Positions 27,911 to 38,520 of a DNA stretch of 64,000 nucleotides are shown piece by piece. The stretch is from a virus. The first letter of the stretch is position 1, and every line of letters starts with the position of its first letter. The position numbers and the translations under genes were made by a program. Under the pieces are notes generated by a model. The model did not search any database. It was not told the DNA's origin and saw only the letters and a list, made by a program, of their open reading frames with translations. The DNA lies in the IMG/VR virus record IMGVR_UViG_3300044729_001198, positions 1-64,000 of that record; one strand, 5' to 3'.

Positions 27911-30910
27911 TTATTCGTAGAAAAGACCAAGTATTTGATTTAACGGAGCGAATGTTCCCGTTAACTTATAAGTTTGACCCTTGTATACAAATACAATACC
28001 CTCGTTAGGTACAATTTTGTCTTTACCGCCAATAGCAGCAAGTCTTTCCAATTCCAATCTCAATTTAGAAATCTTTTTAGGGTCACCTAACTTTTGAACG
28101 TCTTTGATTGTTTGGTCAAGTCGGTCTTTCATATTACGAACTGCCGTGTCTGGATTTACAGTCAATACTGATGACATAAATGATAATACTTCAGCACCAA
28201 CCCCCAAGAATATATCTTCAAATGGTCTAATATTATCTTTTGCAATTTTAGCGTGGTCATTTTTGTCCACACCTTGAGCCCAAGCTAATACTTTAGGGTC
28301 GGTGATGTTTTTGTTGTCTAATCTAAACGACTTATCATAGAACGCCCATCTCTTAACAAGACCCATCTTGGTTTTATTGTCAATTGTAGATGGTGATTTC
28401 GTATCAACGTAATTTTCCCACCATCTTTGATGGTATTCAGCAACACCATCTGTGTCTTTTAAATTAAATTGCTTTTGAAGTTTACCTAACTGACCATCAA
28501 ACTTTGATTTCAATGAAGATAACTTTTGTGACTTTGGTAATTGTTGAATTGGTGGACCTTGAATAGTATATTGTGATTGTACATCAGCATTTACTTGTTT
28601 AATCATACCGGCAAGAATCTTTGCATCACTTTGTTCAGCTCCAATAGCAACACCATCCTCATTATATTCCGTTGTATTGTGGAATACCAATAACGGCTGA
28701 CCGTATGGGATTACGTTTACGGATGTTGGCCAGATTACTTCAAGGTTCATAAATTTTGCACCTTGTTTGAATATCTTGTCACGTTGAGCTTTTGATAAAC
28801 TTTTGATAGCTGACGTTAGGTCTTTCATTGCAAAGTTGTAAGCATCCGTGAGACCACCACGACCTTGGAACTTACTCGCAACACCACTAATATCAAGTGC
28901 TTTTTCACCACGATTGGCAAGATGACCTTTATTTCTAGCAGCAATTAATCCACCTTTATCATCTCTCCACGAAATGGCAAGTGCTTGTCCATCGGTCTTT
29001 TCTCTGGCAAGTTCTAACTCACCATTTAGAGCACCATGGATGATTTGTTTTAGGTCACCAAAGGTAAGATTCATTTCAGTATCAAATGGATGAGCCATGT
29101 GTCCATAAGCACCACCTTCCATCAACATACCCTCATCGAGTTTATCAATAATTCTAAACTTCAGTAAGGGCTTTCCGTTGATTGTAATATCTCCCTTTTC
29201 ATTTTTACCTATAGACTTAACTACTATTCTTTTGTTTTTAAACTTACCACCAAGTACAGTATCACCAACACTAATTGGTACGTTTATATCTTCATCCAAT
29301 AAAGTTTCTTTTAATACGTTTTCGTTTGTATTGATAATATAATCTAATGTAGCATCTTTACCTTTTAAGTCTAGCCAATATTTTGATTTTATAAATTGAG
29401 AATATAAAGTTTTCATATTTGAAACGGCTTCAACTTCCCAAGGTAGTTTCATATATTCAGCAGGATTGGATTTCATTAACTTACCATAATCTTTTGCAGT
29501 TATATATTCCTTACCTTTCCACAATATTGCAGTGTAATCTTTATTTGGTAATAATTCTTTTTTACAAACCTGTTTGACATGAGTTAATTCATGTATCATT
29601 GTTTGAATTATTCTCTGATATGATTGATTAGGATTAAAGTTTAAATAAAATTTATTACCATCTACTGATGTGGAACTCAAAGATATATCACCTATCAATC
29701 CAACTTTTTCTTTTTTCTTTACTATAATTTTCGCGTTAAAACCATATTTGTCCATCATAAAAGCAACAACAGATTTAACCATTAAAGTTTCATGTTGTTT
29801 CAATTTCATTGATGTGCCAAATAAGTCTTCATCTAAAAATTTCATGAACGAATTTCCCAAAGAATAAGCTGTGGTATGGATATTTTCTGATAGCGGTAAG
29901 TGGCCCATCATATACTCTATGATTTCATATCCAAGATTAATGGCGTGTTCTTTTTTTAAGTCTTGAACATCTAACTCCTTTCTACCTTGTTTAGCGGTCG
30001 TGAAGTCATCACTTACAGGTGGAATTTCCAAATCAGTATTATTACGAATATTTCGTTTGGATGAGTATTGGTAATAATCAGATGACCCCTTTGCATCTGG
30101 TGAGACAATCACATCAGCAACCGGAAAATGCATTTGAACATAACCACCATTCACAAACCACACATCATCTTTTTGACCAGGATTCTTCGTTCCAAGTTTA
30201 CGAGTTTTTCCCGGTAATACAAACATAGTATCAGGTTCACCAGCATCAGCGCCATATTCACTACCTTCGAGTATTGAGTTTACATTATATCTTTTGAAGA
30301 ACTCTTCCATTACTGATTCTACTTTAATAAGTCGAGTAGTAATCAGATTATAAATTTTTGGGTCGAACTTTGGATATGCTTTTTGGAATCCAGCTTTTCT
30401 TTGAGATTCGTCTGAAGCTGATAACCAATCACGAACATCAGTACCACTTATAGCATTTGGTTGTTTTGGAGATACATAAACATAACCATGTTCTTTATAT
30501 CCAAATTCAGGTTTACCATCATACTTTTTAAAGTATTTACCACCCAAACGAGCTTCATCCTTTTCACCAACTACAGTAATAAAAGCCGTTGAAGTTTCAT
30601 CGAATTTAGAAATAACTTCAGTAGGAGCATATGGGTTTTTTACTTGTACAATTTGTGAAGATGGTATCTTAAACATCTTCATCATTATGTCTCTTTTTTC
30701 TTTGAAGTTAAATGGGTGTCTTGGCCCACCTTGTTGGTTTGAAGTTCCGATAAATACGTTTTCTTTACCAAACTTTTTTACAAGATGTGAATATGTAGCG
30801 TAATGACCATTATGAAATGGTTGGAATCTGCCAGCATATACAACAACTTGTCTTTTGATATTGCTTTCAACAATAACCGACTTGACCCATTCTTTAATTA
30901 AATTTCCCAT
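27911..30910 (-). CDS. Multi-enzyme protein: HxGH nucleotidyltransferase (NMNAT/cytidylyltransferase-like) + HExxH zincin-like + ATP-dependent ligase-like domain
   Basis: AGRFQPFHNGH; IHELTHVKQ; EKTDG...NLEVI...EGIVF...YKL. Confidence 0.7.
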   Translation of the reverse strand: MGNLIKEWVKSVIVESNIKRQVVVYAGRFQPFHNGHYATYSHLVKKFGKENVFIGTSNQQGGPRHPFNFKEKRDIMMKMFKIPSSQIVQVKNPYAPTEVISKFDETSTAFITVVGEKDEARLGGKYFKKYDGKPEFGYKEHGYVYVSPKQPNAISGTDVRDWLSASDESQRKAGFQKAYPKFDPKIYNLITTRLIKVESVMEEFFKRYNVNSILEGSEYGADAGEPDTMFVLPGKTRKLGTKNPGQKDDVWFVNGGYVQMHFPVADVIVSPDAKGSSDYYQYSSKRNIRNNTDLEIPPVSDDFTTAKQGRKELDVQDLKKEHAINLGYEIIEYMMGHLPLSENIHTTAYSLGNSFMKFLDEDLFGTSMKLKQHETLMVKSVVAFMMDKYGFNAKIIVKKKEKVGLIGDISLSSTSVDGNKFYLNFNPNQSYQRIIQTMIHELTHVKQVCKKELLPNKDYTAILWKGKEYITAKDYGKLMKSNPAEYMKLPWEVEAVSNMKTLYSQFIKSKYWLDLKGKDATLDYIINTNENVLKETLLDEDINVPISVGDTVLGGKFKNKRIVVKSIGKNEKGDITINGKPLLKFRIIDKLDEGMLMEGGAYGHMAHPFDTEMNLTFGDLKQIIHGALNGELELAREKTDGQALAISWRDDKGGLIAARNKGHLANRGEKALDISGVASKFQGRGGLTDAYNFAMKDLTSAIKSLSKAQRDKIFKQGAKFMNLEVIWPTSVNVIPYGQPLLVFHNTTEYNEDGVAIGAEQSDAKILAGMIKQVNADVQSQYTIQGPPIQQLPKSQKLSSLKSKFDGQLGKLQKQFNLKDTDGVAEYHQRWWENYVDTKSPSTIDNKTKMGLVKRWAFYDKSFRLDNKNITDPKVLAWAQGVDKNDHAKIAKDNIRPFEDIFLGVGAEVLSFMSSVLTVNPDTAVRNMKDRLDQTIKDVQKLGDPKKISKLRLELERLAAIGGKDKIVPNEGIVFVYKGQTYKLTGTFAPLNQILGLFYE

Positions 30911-30927
30911 AATAATAAATATCCAAA

Positions 30928-33900
30928 TTACGCGCCAACCGGCGGGTCCCCAATAGTTTCATCACCACCACTATAATCAGCAGCAAATCCTCTAGCAGTA
31001 ACTATACTTAATCCTTTTACAAATGTACCCGTATTTGAGTCAGCTGTTCCTGTTACAACATTACAATTTATGTGTAAACTTATTCTACAATAACTTGACG
31101 TATATTGGTCAGGAATATTTACCACTGTGTTATATTCTGCAATACTACGACTTCCTGTTGTATTTGTGAATGCGGTCGTACACACCACATCCGAACTACC
31201 CCCACCATTCCAACTATCATATGCACTCAAATCATTAACAAGTCCAGAAGAGCCAGTCACACTTTTCCATAGTCTATATTGTACACCATGACTCACGCTC
31301 GTAGCACCGCCTTTTGTACCCTTTACTGAATATGAAAATATCATTTTATTTTCACCGGGAAGTAAATATACTGTGTATTGAGATGATGATACATAGTAGT
31401 AACCATTAGTGTCGGTATTTGTAACGGAGTATTCCGAGTAGTCACTTACAATTTGCCTACCTAAATTTCTAGCGTCTAAAATACCATTTGAGGTGTCCAT
31501 CAAAGTATATAAAGTCCCACCCACACTACGTCTAATTAATACTTCAGACCCACTAATTTGTCCATTTGATTTTAATACTAATGATGGAGTTCCAGCTATC
31601 ACTTGAGTAGATGAACTGATTGATGTCGTATTTAAAGCAAATCCACCAACAACACCACCGTTAAGTAATACATTTGATGCTGTGATTTGTCCATTTGATT
31701 TTAAAGATAAAGCGCCATTTGATGATGAGATTATATCACTACCCAAGGTAAATCCACCAATCACACCACCATTTAGCAAAGCGTTTGATGCTGTGATATC
31801 GCCATTAGATTTTACTTTAAAGTTTGTGGAATCTAATTCAAAATTACTAACAACAATCTTAACATCACTACCACTAATTAAAGCAGCCGATGCTGTGATT
31901 TGTCCGTTATCTCTTAAAATTATATTTCCGTTGGATGAACTAATTGTGTTTGCTGAAATGCCATACCCACCAATTGAACCAAATGTAGCAGTAATACCAC
32001 CTTGTAAGTATACGTTATCGGTAGCAAGACCAAAACCTGGATTTGGATTTCCAAATACCATGTTACTTCCTGCCAACCCGCTCAAGTCTCCTAATCTGGC
32101 TTTTAGTTCAACATCATAGATTCCACTACCAGTTCTTTCAACAATATCCATGTAAGGAGTAGCTTCGTCATTTGGATTTGCATTAATACGAATAAATCCG
32201 GTGTTTAATTTACCAGTTGATACTAAAACTTGACCGGCTTCATATGATTGTGAAATTGCAGGAGCATCACCAAGTGATGATGAATCACCCGTAATACCAT
32301 ATCCGTATGAACGAGTAACATACAAGTATCCTTTGAAGTTAGTACCACTTGCAGGTTCTAATCGTGACGCGGTTTCGACCTTCACATATTCAGTAGAGAA
32401 TCCAGTATCGTTTACTTTTTTAAGAACAAGGATTTCGCCATTTACAAATCCCGTAACATTATCCACCACAAAAACACTTGCCGATGGTGAAACGTTGGTG
32501 TATAGTACATCAACACTACTTTGACTACCAGCTGTTATTGTTGCTGATGTATTTGTGGAACTTGAGTATATGATAACACTTGACGTGTAGGTTGTTTGTA
32601 ATGGCGCTTGAATTGACGAGGTGTCAATCTTGATATTATTTGAATCAATTCGTTCAAGAATTGGATATGTTCTTGTAGTACCACCAGCATCAAACGTTAT
32701 CTGACCCTTTTGTGCAATAGACGTTGGAAAGGTGCTACCTAACGTAGAAACCACATTAGACGAGGTTTGTGAGTAAGAAATCGAAGAAGATAGTCTTGAC
32801 ATCGTAATCTTCGTTCCTTGTGGATGTGGTGCTGTTGATGGGTCAAACGTGTAACCAGCATCAAAGTTAAATGAGAAAACACCACTTGCTAAATTAAAAA
32901 TAGTAGCACGTGCTGTAGTTGACGGCGTACCATTGTCGGTAAAGATTGGGTCTACAGCAGCTATGTCTAATAATGGACCTATGAATGATGCGGTAGGCAC
33001 CGATGTATTGGGTAATAATGATGAATAAGAATCACTATCAAATCCCGGCTCGTTACCATTGTAATCATTTGATAAAAACGTTTCAGCTTCAAGATACGTT
33101 TGAATCGTAGTTGATAGCTGACGAGATGCTGTTACGTTTATACTTGTGTTTGTATTACTTTGTGAATAGTATAGTGTAGCAGAAGCTACATTTGCGTATA
33201 TTGGAGTACCTATTGTAAAATGTGTTGAATCTGCTTTAGATACTAACAAATAGTTGTTTCCACTATAATTTACATAATCATTACCAATTTGATTTCCAAA
33301 TCCACTTGGTAAACTTGTGGATGATGTAATCATTGAAGATGATATTGTTAATAATGTACTTACAGCAGAACCACTCACAGTAGTTGAATTTGCTATATAT
33401 AATTGACCACCAACAGCGTTTACGGATTCCTTTTCGAACGTAGTTGTTTTTAAAGTACCTCTTACTGAAATGTTTTCGAATTCAGCTTTACCATCTTGTC
33501 CGATTTTCCAACCCTTAACACCACTTGCGAAGTCTCGTGTTTGTATCTTACCACTTGAATTTATATCCAAGTTACTACTGAATATACTGCCAGTATTTAC
33601 ACCCCACCCACCAATACTTGCAGATACGAATTTTGCAAAACCTTGTGAGGTTATAGATGAAGATGCGTTATTGATATTTGATGGGGCTCCATCGATTGTA
33701 GCCGGTGTAAACAATTGATTGACTGATAGTCCAGCGTTGATAACTGCGTCAGCTCCAATAATCAATAAATTATTTTGAGGGTCAAGGTGGAATAATGATG
33801 AACTAATTTCAATGTTACCGTCAGAGCCACTTATAAATTGTGAACCAGTAGTACCAATAAAGAACTTTTCAGCTTTAATGTCAAGACTACCACCATCCTC

Positions 33901-35334
33901 GGTGGAGAATATCAAATGAGCATTATCATTAGGACCTACGAGTTGCATACCAACACCGGTCAATGTGTCAGCTCCAACTTGTAAAGCACCACTACCACTA
34001 TAGATTATGAATCCACCAGGACCAATTCCTTGTGATGCAGAAGTTTGACCTTCGTATCCAACCGAGCGTAAGAATCCACTTGATACGCCAGCAAGTTCTA
34101 TACCACTACCAATTGTATTACCAATGAAAAAAGAACCTGTGATTATAGATTGGTTTCCAGCAATGTATACGTTACCGCCAGGAAAAACAATATTATCAAC
34201 AATCAAAGAATAATCTGAAACTTCTCCGTTGATATTTAAAAATTGTAATTTAACACTCTTCGGGTCGTTGAGGTGTTCGGTTGGAATCGGTACTCTAAAA
34301 TATTGACTACCAGTTAATGGTACTCGTGTACTTCCTATGATTTGATAATCACCAGATATACCTTTGGATTTTATTAAGGTAGTGATACTATAAACACGAC
34401 CTACCAATGGTTCAAGGTTTGAGAGAGTTATGTTAGCGAACGAAATTTGATTTTGAGTCGCTACATATGATGATGTTGAATAATATGAAATGTTGGCTGA
34501 AACAATACCATCTGAATAATCATATGTGTGAATTGATTTAGAACTTCTATTATCACTTTGAGTTATTGGTGAATCAATTCTTAATACATTATTAGAATAT
34601 ACTTCAGTAATACTTGATGTAAATCGAGTTGGTTGTGATTGTCCAGTTAATCTTGGAAATAATGTTACGTTTCCAAAATCCAAACGTAAAGAACCACTAA
34701 CCATTTCACCATTAAATAAATCACCACTAACACGTTCTATGGAGATTTTATCACCCCAATTTGATTTTTTATAATATACTAACGATGAAGCCGTTACAGC
34801 ATTTAAACTACCACTTGTTGATGGTATGTTTACAAAAGTTTCTATTGATGCTGAAATTGTACATTTTGGTAATGAGGTTTGGTCAAATACAATTTTTGAT
34901 GTAGATGGTAAGTCCACTCTAATAGGAACTCTTCGTGACCATCTAATGTTTTGTCGATTCACCCACTCCGATGGGACGTTTGCAGAAGTTCCTACAAATA
35001 TCACCTCACCAACACCAGGAGCCGTGTCGTATTTATCATTTCTATTAGCGTAAACCCAAATAGAAATTAAACGAGTTTCATCCTCATCCTTTATATCAGA
35101 AATTTCCCAATAAACAGGTCGACCCGATTGGTCCAATATCTCGATATCAATTTCAGTATTGTCTTCGAGGTTTTTGGAATTACCACGAACTTTAATAGAA
35201 GATTTACCATCACCTAAATATGATGGGAAATCCACGATTGCGAAGTATTCAGCCGAATCTACCGAGGTATCTTCGATGTATACATCTATATCTTTTAGGT
35301 TCTCTTTACTCTTTACTTTGAGTTCTAAAGCCAT
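30928..35334 (-). CDS. Large tail/baseplate-associated structural protein
   Basis: 1468 aa, Ser/Gly/Thr-rich beta-type repeats; late motif at 35355; GGAG SD. Confidence 0.6.
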   Translation of the reverse strand: MALELKVKSKENLKDIDVYIEDTSVDSAEYFAIVDFPSYLGDGKSSIKVRGNSKNLEDNTEIDIEILDQSGRPVYWEISDIKDEDETRLISIWVYANRNDKYDTAPGVGEVIFVGTSANVPSEWVNRQNIRWSRRVPIRVDLPSTSKIVFDQTSLPKCTISASIETFVNIPSTSGSLNAVTASSLVYYKKSNWGDKISIERVSGDLFNGEMVSGSLRLDFGNVTLFPRLTGQSQPTRFTSSITEVYSNNVLRIDSPITQSDNRSSKSIHTYDYSDGIVSANISYYSTSSYVATQNQISFANITLSNLEPLVGRVYSITTLIKSKGISGDYQIIGSTRVPLTGSQYFRVPIPTEHLNDPKSVKLQFLNINGEVSDYSLIVDNIVFPGGNVYIAGNQSIITGSFFIGNTIGSGIELAGVSSGFLRSVGYEGQTSASQGIGPGGFIIYSGSGALQVGADTLTGVGMQLVGPNDNAHLIFSTEDGGSLDIKAEKFFIGTTGSQFISGSDGNIEISSSLFHLDPQNNLLIIGADAVINAGLSVNQLFTPATIDGAPSNINNASSSITSQGFAKFVSASIGGWGVNTGSIFSSNLDINSSGKIQTRDFASGVKGWKIGQDGKAEFENISVRGTLKTTTFEKESVNAVGGQLYIANSTTVSGSAVSTLLTISSSMITSSTSLPSGFGNQIGNDYVNYSGNNYLLVSKADSTHFTIGTPIYANVASATLYYSQSNTNTSINVTASRQLSTTIQTYLEAETFLSNDYNGNEPGFDSDSYSSLLPNTSVPTASFIGPLLDIAAVDPIFTDNGTPSTTARATIFNLASGVFSFNFDAGYTFDPSTAPHPQGTKITMSRLSSSISYSQTSSNVVSTLGSTFPTSIAQKGQITFDAGGTTRTYPILERIDSNNIKIDTSSIQAPLQTTYTSSVIIYSSSTNTSATITAGSQSSVDVLYTNVSPSASVFVVDNVTGFVNGEILVLKKVNDTGFSTEYVKVETASRLEPASGTNFKGYLYVTRSYGYGITGDSSSLGDAPAISQSYEAGQVLVSTGKLNTGFIRINANPNDEATPYMDIVERTGSGIYDVELKARLGDLSGLAGSNMVFGNPNPGFGLATDNVYLQGGITATFGSIGGYGISANTISSSNGNIILRDNGQITASAALISGSDVKIVVSNFELDSTNFKVKSNGDITASNALLNGGVIGGFTLGSDIISSSNGALSLKSNGQITASNVLLNGGVVGGFALNTTSISSSTQVIAGTPSLVLKSNGQISGSEVLIRRSVGGTLYTLMDTSNGILDARNLGRQIVSDYSEYSVTNTDTNGYYYVSSSQYTVYLLPGENKMIFSYSVKGTKGGATSVSHGVQYRLWKSVTGSSGLVNDLSAYDSWNGGGSSDVVCTTAFTNTTGSRSIAEYNTVVNIPDQYTSSYCRISLHINCNVVTGTADSNTGTFVKGLSIVTARGFAADYSGGDETIGDPPVGA

Positions 35335-35352
35335 TAATTAACTCCAACTTTC

Positions 35353-38300
35353 TTATAAATATCTAATAGATGAAAACCCCTTCACTTTATTGATATCTAT
35401 AATTTGGTCTACCATGTCTCGTGTCTTGTCAATATGAGATATTGTAATAATAAAATCAAATTGTGTCTTTAAGTAATCAAATAATAAATAGAGAGAATTA
35501 AAGTTGTCCGTGTCAAGTGACCCAAATCCTTCGTCAATAGCAATAAAGTTTGGTCTTGGTAAATTTGATACATTGATTAAAGCAGTTCTAATTGCAATCG
35601 AACTAACAAACTTTTCCATACCACTTGTTAGCTCTAATGGCCACACCTTATCATCACCATAACATATGTAGGAGTTTATATTTTTACCATCAGTATTCAA
35701 TAGGATTTGGAAGTCAACAATCGGTTGTAAAATGTTATTGATTTCAATTTCAAGTTTTGGTAGTATTTCAGAAATCAACTGATATGGAACTCCATCACGT
35801 TTTACACATTTTAAATAGTATTCGTAACCATCGTATTTTGCTTCCATGTGTTGAAGTTTGCCAATAGATTGATTCACCATTTCGATTGTTTTTTCAGCAA
35901 TTTTAATATCACTATACACCGACATGATTTCATTAGTAACTTCTTGAATCTCATTTGAGATAGAGGTTTGTGTGAGTTTAAGAGAATTTACATTCATCAT
36001 AACATCAGCATTGAACTCAACTGCTTTTTGTTGGAGTTTAGCTCTACCAATAGTTTCAATTAAGGTATCAATCTCCCTACTATAAGTCATTAACATGGCG
36101 TTACAAGAGTCATAGTTTTTAGAAGTCTGATAACTTAATTTTGATAACTCAACATCCATCTGATTTAGTTTGTTGACTTTTTCGAGAGATTCTTTAACAT
36201 TATATTTTGTCTTGTTTTCACGAGCAGTTTCCAACTCACCAAGTCGAGTTAGTAAAGTTAAATGTAATCCACGAATTTCTTTTTGTAAAGACTGCGCTTG
36301 TTTAGCAAATGGTGTATTTTTATTTTGAACACAATGTTCACAATTATCATCAAATGTAAGCGAACCAATACCATCCAAATGTTTTTGTTTGTGTTTAATT
36401 TCCGATTCAAGTTGGTTTTGGCTTATAAGAATATCAGATTCAATACCATTCCACTTTTGCCATTCTAAATCCATCTCCTTCAACTTATCAACGTCTAGTT
36501 CAATAAGTTTATCAGAAACACGTTTACGTTTTTCTTCAACATCATTTAATTCTACTTTGATTGAATCACACTCTTCTTGATGTTTTTCAAGTTTCTCAAT
36601 AACACTACCAAGTTTAGATTCTAAAGAATCAACATCTTCAATATCTTCAACCGGTTTTAAAGTCATTACATAATCTGATATTTGATTTTGTATCTCAAGT
36701 GTCTTGGATTCCAATTCGTCTTTTTTTGATTGATACTCCGTAAGAGAACCTGTGATTGATGTCAACGTAGTTTGGGAATCAGCAAGTTGACCAGGTAGGT
36801 CTTGGTTTTTATAGTCTTTAAGTAGAGCTGATAATTCTTTAATCTCTTCACTTGCTACTTGATACAAATCTTCAAACACATCCATATCCAAGAATTGCGC
36901 AAGAAGTTCCTTACGTTCTTTTTGAGATTTATCAATGAACCCACTATTGTTTGATTGTGTTGACATAGCGGTCAAAACAAAATCATCATAAGTACCAACG
37001 TAATCACGGATAATAAAGTTTGTATCTCTACGTTGTTCACCATTCAGAGATTCAGCAACACCATTTACAAGTTTATAAAAGTTTACGTCAACTTTAACAG
37101 TACCACGTTTTGGGCTCTTTTTAGCAGCCCTTTCAATTACATATACTTCACCATTGACATCAAAAGTGAACTTACAATCAAATGACATCTTTGAGTAATT
37201 CATAACGTCTTCAGCCTTTGAGGTTCGTGAACACTTATCAAAGATACAAAACGCAAGAGCATCCCATAATGTAGACTTACCACTTGCGTTTGGGGCAAAG
37301 ATACCATAAGCACCTTTCATATTTGTAAAGTCAATAACGTTGTTAGGTCCATATGAAAACATATTTGAGAACTCAAATCTAACAGGAGTCCAAATAGAAT
37401 TTTTCATGGTGTGATTAGAACCCAACTTTGCGTTTATATCATTATTGATTGATTTTACAATCTGAAGTTGTTCATCGGAGATTTGGTCGTTAGTAGTTAG
37501 GTAATCCTCAATCAGTCGATTTTGAAAAGCAACGTCTCTGACATTTTGTAATGTTATTTGATGTGCTCCATTTTGTGAATTTTTACTGATAATCTTTTGA
37601 ATCGTAAGTTCTTCAATTTTGGTTTCTTTTTTCAACTCTGCAATTACACCATTCAAATCGGATTGTTTAGTATCCTTAACACGAATTCTCATCCGTGACT
37701 TCGTTGGGAATTTAGGTTTGTTTACAATAACACCCTCATCTACGTCAACAGTTACATATCCAAAATCATTTTCAATAGCAACAAATTCATGAGTACATGA
37801 TTTAGAATCCCAAACCAATAATCCATGGTTTGGATATAAAGATTCACTATGGTTTTGCATAATCAATGAACCGGGGTACATGATTAATTTATTACCATTT
37901 ACAGCATTGTTTGGAACGTGAATGTCACCCAACAACACCATATCGTAACCAGCAAACGAATCAGCGTTTATGTTATGGTTCTCAATTTCAAAACCATGTT
38001 CGGTTTGAATCTTGTCAACGGCTCCGTGGAACAAAGCAATCTTTACACTGTCTTTGATTTCCGATGATGGTATAAACCCTTTAGCGTCATCAAATACCGA
38101 TTGATGTGTGAATGTGTAGTCTCCATTCAACGTTTGCCAAACACCACTATCTTTTAAATAAAATAAGTTATTATGATTTAGAGCGTTGACAATTGGTTGA
38201 ATAGCATCCATCCGTGATGGGTTATTCAAGTTAGCATCGTGGTTGCCCGGAATGACAATGGTTGGTAGTAAATCGGCTAATGACTTCAAAAACTTTTGAG

Positions 38301-38520
38301 TCATCTCGATAACTTCAGGAGTCATATCAGTTTTTGCGTGTACTATATCACCAGCAACTACGATAATGTCATCGATTTCCATAGTCGATGATATGTACTG
38401 ATACAACCTATCAAACACTACATTGTATTCGGAGTGTCTTTTTAGGTTTCTAATATGTATATCTGCTACATGGTATATTTTACCAATTGTATCGATAGGT
38501 AGTTTCTTTGCTTTTCTCAT
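35353..38520 (-). CDS. Fused Mre11/SbcD nuclease-Rad50/SbcC ATPase (gp47-gp46-like)
   Basis: ADIH, AGDIVH, GNHD; then APNASGKST, coiled coil with CEHC hook, TSGMEK, IDEGFGSLD in one ORF. Confidence 0.92.
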   Translation of the reverse strand: MRKAKKLPIDTIGKIYHVADIHIRNLKRHSEYNVVFDRLYQYISSTMEIDDIIVVAGDIVHAKTDMTPEVIEMTQKFLKSLADLLPTIVIPGNHDANLNNPSRMDAIQPIVNALNHNNLFYLKDSGVWQTLNGDYTFTHQSVFDDAKGFIPSSEIKDSVKIALFHGAVDKIQTEHGFEIENHNINADSFAGYDMVLLGDIHVPNNAVNGNKLIMYPGSLIMQNHSESLYPNHGLLVWDSKSCTHEFVAIENDFGYVTVDVDEGVIVNKPKFPTKSRMRIRVKDTKQSDLNGVIAELKKETKIEELTIQKIISKNSQNGAHQITLQNVRDVAFQNRLIEDYLTTNDQISDEQLQIVKSINNDINAKLGSNHTMKNSIWTPVRFEFSNMFSYGPNNVIDFTNMKGAYGIFAPNASGKSTLWDALAFCIFDKCSRTSKAEDVMNYSKMSFDCKFTFDVNGEVYVIERAAKKSPKRGTVKVDVNFYKLVNGVAESLNGEQRRDTNFIIRDYVGTYDDFVLTAMSTQSNNSGFIDKSQKERKELLAQFLDMDVFEDLYQVASEEIKELSALLKDYKNQDLPGQLADSQTTLTSITGSLTEYQSKKDELESKTLEIQNQISDYVMTLKPVEDIEDVDSLESKLGSVIEKLEKHQEECDSIKVELNDVEEKRKRVSDKLIELDVDKLKEMDLEWQKWNGIESDILISQNQLESEIKHKQKHLDGIGSLTFDDNCEHCVQNKNTPFAKQAQSLQKEIRGLHLTLLTRLGELETARENKTKYNVKESLEKVNKLNQMDVELSKLSYQTSKNYDSCNAMLMTYSREIDTLIETIGRAKLQQKAVEFNADVMMNVNSLKLTQTSISNEIQEVTNEIMSVYSDIKIAEKTIEMVNQSIGKLQHMEAKYDGYEYYLKCVKRDGVPYQLISEILPKLEIEINNILQPIVDFQILLNTDGKNINSYICYGDDKVWPLELTSGMEKFVSSIAIRTALINVSNLPRPNFIAIDEGFGSLDTDNFNSLYLLFDYLKTQFDFIITISHIDKTRDMVDQIIDINKVKGFSSIRYL

